This document shows positions 58,204-64,000 of a DNA stretch of 64,000 nucleotides, in pieces (the stretch's first letter is position 1; the number at the start of each line of letters is the position of its first letter). The DNA lies in the NCBI GenBank assembly GCA_051599415.1, contig AP039715.1, positions 434,001 through 498,000 of the forward strand, read 5' to 3'. The position numbers and the translations under genes are program-made. The notes under the pieces were generated by a model. It saw nothing but the letters and a program-made list of their open reading frames with translations, was not told the DNA's origin and ran no database searches. Origin of the DNA: Savitreella phatthalungensis (Eukaryota).

Positions 58204-59391
58204 ATGGCCTCGACCGCGGGAGTGAAGCCTAGAGCAATTACAACCGCCTTCAATCAGGATGGTTCTTGCTGCGTAGTCGCCTCGGACCATGGCTTCACCA
58301 TATGTAGCCTCGAGCCGTGGGCACGGATCTACAGTCATCCTAATGGTGCCTACAAGATCGTGCAGATGCTCTTCAGCACATCGCTGATCGCCCTAGTTGG
58401 GCTTGGCGATCAACCCTCTCTGTCGCCGCGCCGCTTGCAGATCTTTAACACCAAGCGCAGATCGATGATCTGCGAGCTGACCTTCCCAATGAGCATCCTT
58501 GCTTTGCAAATGAACCGCAAGCGACTTGCTGTAGTACTTGAGCGACAGATTTACCTGTATGACATATCGAACATGCGGCTGCTTCATACGATCGAAACTC
58601 CGATGAATCAGCTTGCAGTTTGCGCCCTGTCTCCTTCGGCAGAGAAGTCTATCTTGTGTTACCCAGCGCAAGTAAGTGGCTTGACAGATGCTGTACACGC
58701 TCCGCCAAAATCAGCGAGTATTGTGTCAGGTGACGTTCTGATTTACGATACGCTGAACTGCCAGCCTATCAATGTCTTGGAGGCGCATCGCGCCAGCCTT
58801 GCAATGCTGCAGGTCAACCACACGGGCGAGTTGCTCGCGACCGCGTCGGAAAAAGGCACTATAATCCGTATTTTCAGCCTTCCTGAGGGTTCGCGACTTT
58901 GGGAACTGCGGCGCGGATCTTTACCCGCACGAATAACTTCCATCGCATTTGACAGCCTGTCGGCTTATGTGGCAGTGTCCTCGAATTCTGAGACAGTGCA
59001 TGTTTTCCGACTGCAGGCAGATGGCAGCGAGGCCGCAGATGCGAATCGGCCTCCGGGACCACCAAGAAGGACCAGCAGAGGGGCGCTCGGACTCATTCGT
59101 CGCAGCTCTCAAAGCCTCGGGCGGAGCATGGCAGGGACATTTGCTCCATTCCTTCCCGCTAGCGTGAGTGATATATGGCAGCCAGCCAGGCATTTCGCCA
59201 GTGTCAAGCTGGACAGCAAGAGTGAAAAGACTTTGACCACGCTCAGCGGCGAGCATATGCACTTGCATGTGCTCACAGACGCCGGACTCTTGCAGCGCTA
59301 TTCCTTGAATCAGCGGCACGGTGGAGACTGTGAACTGGTCTCGCAGATTGATCTGCTCTCTCAAGCCGAGGAGAGACGGATTGAGGCATGA
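58204..59391 (+). CDS. ATG18: PROPPIN autophagy protein Atg18
   Basis: FNQD, MLFSTSLIALVG, SPRRLQIFNTKRRSMICELTFP, LATASEKGTIIRIF, ELRRG, SETVHVF. Confidence 0.9.
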   Translation: MASTAGVKPRAITTAFNQDGSCCVVASDHGFTICSLEPWARIYSHPNGAYKIVQMLFSTSLIALVGLGDQPSLSPRRLQIFNTKRRSMICELTFPMSILALQMNRKRLAVVLERQIYLYDISNMRLLHTIETPMNQLAVCALSPSAEKSILCYPAQVSGLTDAVHAPPKSASIVSGDVLIYDTLNCQPINVLEAHRASLAMLQVNHTGELLATASEKGTIIRIFSLPEGSRLWELRRGSLPARITSIAFDSLSAYVAVSSNSETVHVFRLQADGSEAADANRPPGPPRRTSRGALGLIRRSSQSLGRSMAGTFAPFLPASVSDIWQPARHFASVKLDSKSEKTLTTLSGEHMHLHVLTDAGLLQRYSLNQRHGGDCELVSQIDLLSQAEERRIEA

Positions 59392-59414
59392 GATACAGAT
59401 AAGAAGCTACGGAG

Positions 59415-60203
59415 CTACGAATAGAACCGCTCGGTCACATCGATCATGCGCCGTCCCCTGTCGCGCGCCAATTCGTCCGGCATGACCTGTGCTTGGCTCA
59501 AGGCCTCAAAAGTCGCCTTGATCACGTTCATCCCTGTACGACTGCCCCAGACCTTGGCGGAAAGATCCGTGATGCCGGCACACCGGCAAATCTCATTTAT
59601 ATAGTGGTTGGCGCGAACGCCGAAGCCAGGAGGTCGCGAGCGGATCTTGAGCTTGACCGCATGGAACTTGTGGTCAACTTCACCATAGATTGTCCTACCC
59701 TGATAGCGCGGCACGAAAAGCATGTTCTTCACAGCTTGAGCGATCGCCTTGCGCTGCGCAACGCCTGCCTCAACGTGTTTGCCCTCGCCAAGACCGATCA
59801 TGCCATTGCCATTGCCGACGATAGCGAGGCTGTAGTAACTCGCCTGCTTGCCTTTACGCGTTTGATTGACGACTCGGCGTAGCACAAGTGGTCGCTGAAT
59901 TAGCGAGCGAATCTCTCGTGCTTCCAATCCCGTAGCCTTCGCCAACAGGGTCGTCTCATCCTCGCCTGTGCCTTGTCCAGTGGTGTCAGGCGGTATCATC
60001 GGCAATTTCTCGTCATTTTGCAAAGCGATGGGGGCGTAATCGAGCGTCGGGTCGAGCTTGCTGAAATCCGCAGGATAGTCTATCCGAAGAGCCGTCCTTC
60101 TGTATGTAGGGCCGATAACGTCGCGCGTGAGGTCTGTGACTAAGTTTGAAACAGATCTAGCGTGTGCAGCGCGCAAGACCGCCCAAGAACGACGAAGCAT
60201 CAT
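59415..60203 (-). CDS. MRPS5: Mitochondrial ribosomal protein uS5m
   Basis: RRVVNQTRKGK, VGNGNGMIGLGEGK, PRYQGRTIYG, RPPGFG, ICRCAGITDLSAK. Confidence 0.93.
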   Translation of the reverse strand: MMLRRSWAVLRAAHARSVSNLVTDLTRDVIGPTYRRTALRIDYPADFSKLDPTLDYAPIALQNDEKLPMIPPDTTGQGTGEDETTLLAKATGLEAREIRSLIQRPLVLRRVVNQTRKGKQASYYSLAIVGNGNGMIGLGEGKHVEAGVAQRKAIAQAVKNMLFVPRYQGRTIYGEVDHKFHAVKLKIRSRPPGFGVRANHYINEICRCAGITDLSAKVWGSRTGMNVIKATFEALSQAQVMPDELARDRGRRMIDVTERFYS

Positions 60204-60369
60204 CAGCAGCGCTTCCGCACTGTTCACCCGAATGACCCGCTGTTTTCTCTCGATGAGACAGGCAGGACAGAATTTTGACCCGTGTCGATTCAATAAATTA
60301 CATTATGTGTCGCAGTGTTTACAACCCGTAAAGCCAGGCACGCTGTTGTCGACGAGAGTCTTACGGGTC

Positions 60370-61797
60370 ATGGCGACGGCAACGAAGCGCGGTCTGCCAG
60401 AGGAGGCTGTCGTTAGGAGTGTAAGAAAAGCGCATCGAAGGAAAATCAAGCTGCCGAGCTTAGCTGAGCAGATCATTGACGCGGACATTGAGCTTTATCG
60501 AAGGTCCACACTTTCGGCGGTGTCTGGGGAAGCGACTCCAGCTCTGGAGAACTTCGCAGAAGTGGAGCTCTTGATTGATGTATTGACAGCGACGGCTGTC
60601 GGTCTCGGCAACTCTGGCGGATTCCCAATCATGGTGCCCTTCACGCTGCCTGGGGATCGCGTGAGAGCCAAAATATACCGCATAGATCATGTGCTTCAGG
60701 TTGCCTATGCTGATTTTGTCCGGGTGATAGATCCATCACCGCATCGACGCGACGATCTGGTCAGATGCAAGCATTTCACACGATGCTCGGGCTGCCAGCT
60801 GCAGATGCTCGCGTACGGCGAGCAGCTCGAACACAAGCGGCGCGTGATTCGCGAGGCCTATCGACAGCATTTCGACGCCGGTGACTCGCGTGTTCCGGAT
60901 GTTCTGGAGACGCGCGGTAGCCCCTTGGAATACGCATACAGAACTAAAATCACACCGCACTTCGACAAATCGGCTGCAGGTGCACGGTCCCAACTATCAC
61001 GCGACATCGGATTCAATGAGAGTGGCCGCAGACGTGTTCTAGACATCGAGGAGTGCCCAATTGCCACGGCCACCGTCCAAACAGGCCTCATATTAGAGCG
61101 CCGGCGAATCCTCGATGCATGGGACGACTTCAAACGCGGTGCGACCCTGCTATTACGCGAGTCCGATGCAGACAGTGGAGGCTTGAAGTGTATAACAAGG
61201 CCGAAGGATATCGCAACGGTTTCCTTCGACGGGTTCAAGTTTCAATTCCCGGCTGGCGAATTTTTCCAGAACAATAGCGCAATTCTGCCAGGCCTGACGA
61301 GCTACGTGCGGGACAATATCGGCGATGCCAAGTATTTGGTCGACGCTTACTGTGGCTCGGGCCTCTTTTCCGTCACTTGCAGCTCAGGATGCGAGGCCGT
61401 GGCTGGCGTCGAGATCTCGCACGAGAGCGTCAGCTGGGCTCGGAAGAATGCTCTCCTGAATGGCGTCAAGAACGCAGAGTTCCTGGTTGGAGAAGCCGAA
61501 CAGCTATTCAAGACTATCACTTTCCCGGCAGACGAGACTGTTATTGTCATCGACCCTCCGCGGAAAGGCTGCGATATGGCGTTCATCGAGCAACTCATGG
61601 CTTTCTCCCCGACACGAATAATCTATGTGTCTTGTTGCGTGCACACGCAAGCGAGAGATCTCGCCAGAATCGCCGAACATTCGCCAAACAAGTACATTAT
61701 CGAGTCGATTCGCGGTTTTGACTTGTTTCCGCAGACCCATCATGTTGAGTCCGTTGCTGTACTGAAAAAATCTCCGATCGAGAGTGGTGCGCCATAG
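60370..61797 (+). CDS. TRM2: tRNA (uracil-54-C5)-methyltransferase
   Basis: CKHFTRCSGCQLQM, YRTKITPHF, FFQNN, LVDAYCGSGLF, IDPPRKGC, YVSC, FDLFPQTHHVE. Confidence 0.93.
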   Translation: MATATKRGLPEEAVVRSVRKAHRRKIKLPSLAEQIIDADIELYRRSTLSAVSGEATPALENFAEVELLIDVLTATAVGLGNSGGFPIMVPFTLPGDRVRAKIYRIDHVLQVAYADFVRVIDPSPHRRDDLVRCKHFTRCSGCQLQMLAYGEQLEHKRRVIREAYRQHFDAGDSRVPDVLETRGSPLEYAYRTKITPHFDKSAAGARSQLSRDIGFNESGRRRVLDIEECPIATATVQTGLILERRRILDAWDDFKRGATLLLRESDADSGGLKCITRPKDIATVSFDGFKFQFPAGEFFQNNSAILPGLTSYVRDNIGDAKYLVDAYCGSGLFSVTCSSGCEAVAGVEISHESVSWARKNALLNGVKNAEFLVGEAEQLFKTITFPADETVIVIDPPRKGCDMAFIEQLMAFSPTRIIYVSCCVHTQARDLARIAEHSPNKYIIESIRGFDLFPQTHHVESVAVLKKSPIESGAP

Positions 61798-61986
61798 CTT
61801 AGTCAATTTTCTTTGTACACCCGCGATATTCTACCATTATCGAGACATCTGCCAAATCACGTGGATCGTCATTTGATCGATCCCGGGCGCGTCGCAATTG
61901 ATTAAATAGGCGTCATCAACGGTGCTTGGAGGAAAGCGCCCACGCAAGGTCATCGCAAATTGTGACAGAGAGTCTCCGCAAGAGCC

Positions 61987-63334
61987 ATGGCGCCGGCTCT
62001 TCCACCGGTGATTATGGACAACGGGGTAAGTTTCGTCCGCCAGCGCAATGATGGGAATACGCGACTGACAATGGTAGACTGGCCTGACCAAACTAGGGTT
62101 CGCTGGTAACGACAGTCCGAGCTTCGTCTTTCCAACCGTGATTGCAACGAAAGGTCCTGGCAGTGCAAATGGTCCAACGAAACCATCAAAGCCTTCATTC
62201 CTGTCAGGCGGGTCTAGTGGCACCGGTAATCTCGCTTCTAAGCGTGGCACGGAGGATCTAGACTTCTACATTGGCAATGAAGCTTTGGCACAGAACACTG
62301 GCAGCAGTGCCTATGGACTAAGCTATCCTATAAGACATGGTCAAATTGAAAATTGGGATCATATGGAGCGTTTTTGGCAGGAATCAATCTTCAAGTATCT
62401 TCGTGTCGAGCCGGAAGACCACCATTTCCTGCTCACGGAGCCGCCCCTCAATCCGCCGGAGAATCGTGAGAACACAGCAGAAATCATGTTCGAATCTTTC
62501 AACTGCCAAGGACTTTACATCGCCGTGCAGGCTGTACTTGCTCTAGCAGCATCCTGGGTCTCCGCCAAATCAAAGGACAGGTCGCTGACAGGAACAGTGA
62601 TCGACTCCGGTGACGGCGTAACACACGTCATTCCTGTGGCCGAAGGCTACGTCATTGGGTCCGCGATCAAGAACATCCCAATTGCCGGGCGCGATATCAC
62701 CCATTTTGTGCAGTCGCTGCTGCGCGATCGAAATGAGCCTGATACGACGCTCAAGACGGCCGAGAGCATCAAGGAGAATTACTCGTACGTTTGTCAGGAC
62801 ATCGTACAGGAATTCAACAAATACGACGCCGATCCGCAGAAGTTCCGCCAGTACGTCGTAGACTACCCCAACAAGCCCGCAGCTACAGTCGATGTTGGCT
62901 ATGAGCAATTCCTGGCACCCGAGATCTTCTTCAATCCGGAGATAGCTTCGTCAGACTACCTGACGCCGCTGCCGGAAGTCGTCGATGGGGTCATCCAATC
63001 TTCGCCGATCGACGTACGCAGGGGTCTCTACCGGAATATTGTCCTGAGCGGCGGCAGCACAATGTTCACGAACTTTGGCCGCCGTCTGCAGCGCGATATC
63101 AAGCAACTCGTCGACGAGCGAATTAGCCGATCGGAGCAGCGCAGCGGCGCAAAGTCCGGCGGACTCGAAGTTCAGGTCATTTCACACAAGAAGCAGAAAC
63201 ATGCAGTGTGGTACGGCGGCAGCCTACTTGCGTCCACTGCGGAATTCCACACATATTGTCACACGAAAGCCGACTATGAGGAATATGGCCCATCTATTTG
63301 TCGTCGCTACCAGATATTTGGATCGTCTTTATAG
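61987..63334 (+). CDS. ARP3: Actin-related protein 3 (2 exons)
   Basis: [26 protein letters not shown] (intron 62026-62077), [35 protein letters not shown]. Confidence 0.96.
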
Positions 63335-63391
63335 GAAAAAGAATGCAAGAAATTGCGACGCGTTCGACTTTTACCATACTCATCCTTCTCG

Positions 63392-64000
63392 ATGTCTGTT
63401 CAGCTCTTGAACCCCAAGGCTGAGACTGTGCGGCGTGATCAGGCCTTGCAAGTGAACATCAGCGCTGCCAAAGGCTTGCAGGATGTCCTGCGGTCCAATT
63501 TGGGCCCAAAGGGGACTATCAAGATGTGAGTTTGACTCTTGCAGCATTTTCACCCCTGAGATGGCACGACTGACCCATTGATGATAGGCTGGTCGACGGT
63601 TCTGGTAATCTGAAGCTTACGAAGGACGGTAAAGTCTTGCTGACGGAAATGCAAATCACCAATCCGACCGCCTCGATGATCGCTAAGGCCGCGACAGCGC
63701 AAGATGACATTACTGGCGATGGCACGACCTCGGTCTGCGTGCTTGTCGGAGAGCTACTCAAGCAGGCAGAGCGCTACATACAGGAAGGTTTACATCCGTC
63801 ACTAGTCGTCGAAGGATTCGACCGCGCGAAGCAGGAGTCCGCCAAATTTCTCGACAGCTTCAAGATCGAGCGCCAAATCGACCGCGAGTTGTTAGTCTCG
63901 GTCGCGCGCACATCACTGTCGACCAAGATCGCACAGAATCTTGTTGAGGGCCTCGCTCCCTCAATTGTCGACGCCGTTTTGGCCATTCGTCGCGAGAACG
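63392..64000 (+). CDS. CCT6: Chaperonin CCT/TRiC zeta subunit, 5' part (runs off the window)
   Basis: [11 protein letters not shown]...[24 protein letters not shown] (intron 63526-63587), [12 protein letters not shown]. Confidence 0.95.

Noticed and set aside
58086..58253. Apparent head-to-head overlap of the ZTA1 and ATG18 ORFs (likewise MRPS5/TRM2)
   Set aside because: Artefact of non-ATG ORF extension; the real ATGs leave short divergent promoters

Overview
Eukaryotic (fungal) chromosomal DNA: a compact, gene-dense ascomycete genome with short (about 45-60 nt) GT-AG introns and very short intergenic spacers. The style suggests Taphrinomycotina, which is an inference only. About 35 protein-coding genes are recognisable, mostly housekeeping (TOA2, SmF, RTP1, PRP43, PI31, ALG3, ARB1, MPC2, RPL26, TMA46, APP1, YRA1, OTU2, KCS1, TAF10, ALDH, SUN protein, UCS protein, VMA16, ORC6, SBA1, MHF1, IDH2, HMT, ZTA1, ATG18, MRPS5, TRM2, ARP3, CCT6). 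Several of these appear only after splicing. There are two accessory islands. (i) 22-31.5 kb holds pogo/Fot1-type DD35D DNA transposons with TIRs and TA target duplications, strongly eroded at CpG. (ii) 49.8-53.1 kb holds a nest of about 420-450 bp solo LTRs with 5-bp TSDs. The most notable unexplained signals are a ~375-nt multi-branched structured RNA candidate between IDH2 and the homocysteine methyltransferase gene, a 75-aa two-exon Cys-rich microprotein missed by the ORF track, CpG-specific hypermutation confined to the DNA transposons, and LTR-into-LTR nesting. All family assignments come from motif recognition by eye; no searches were run.
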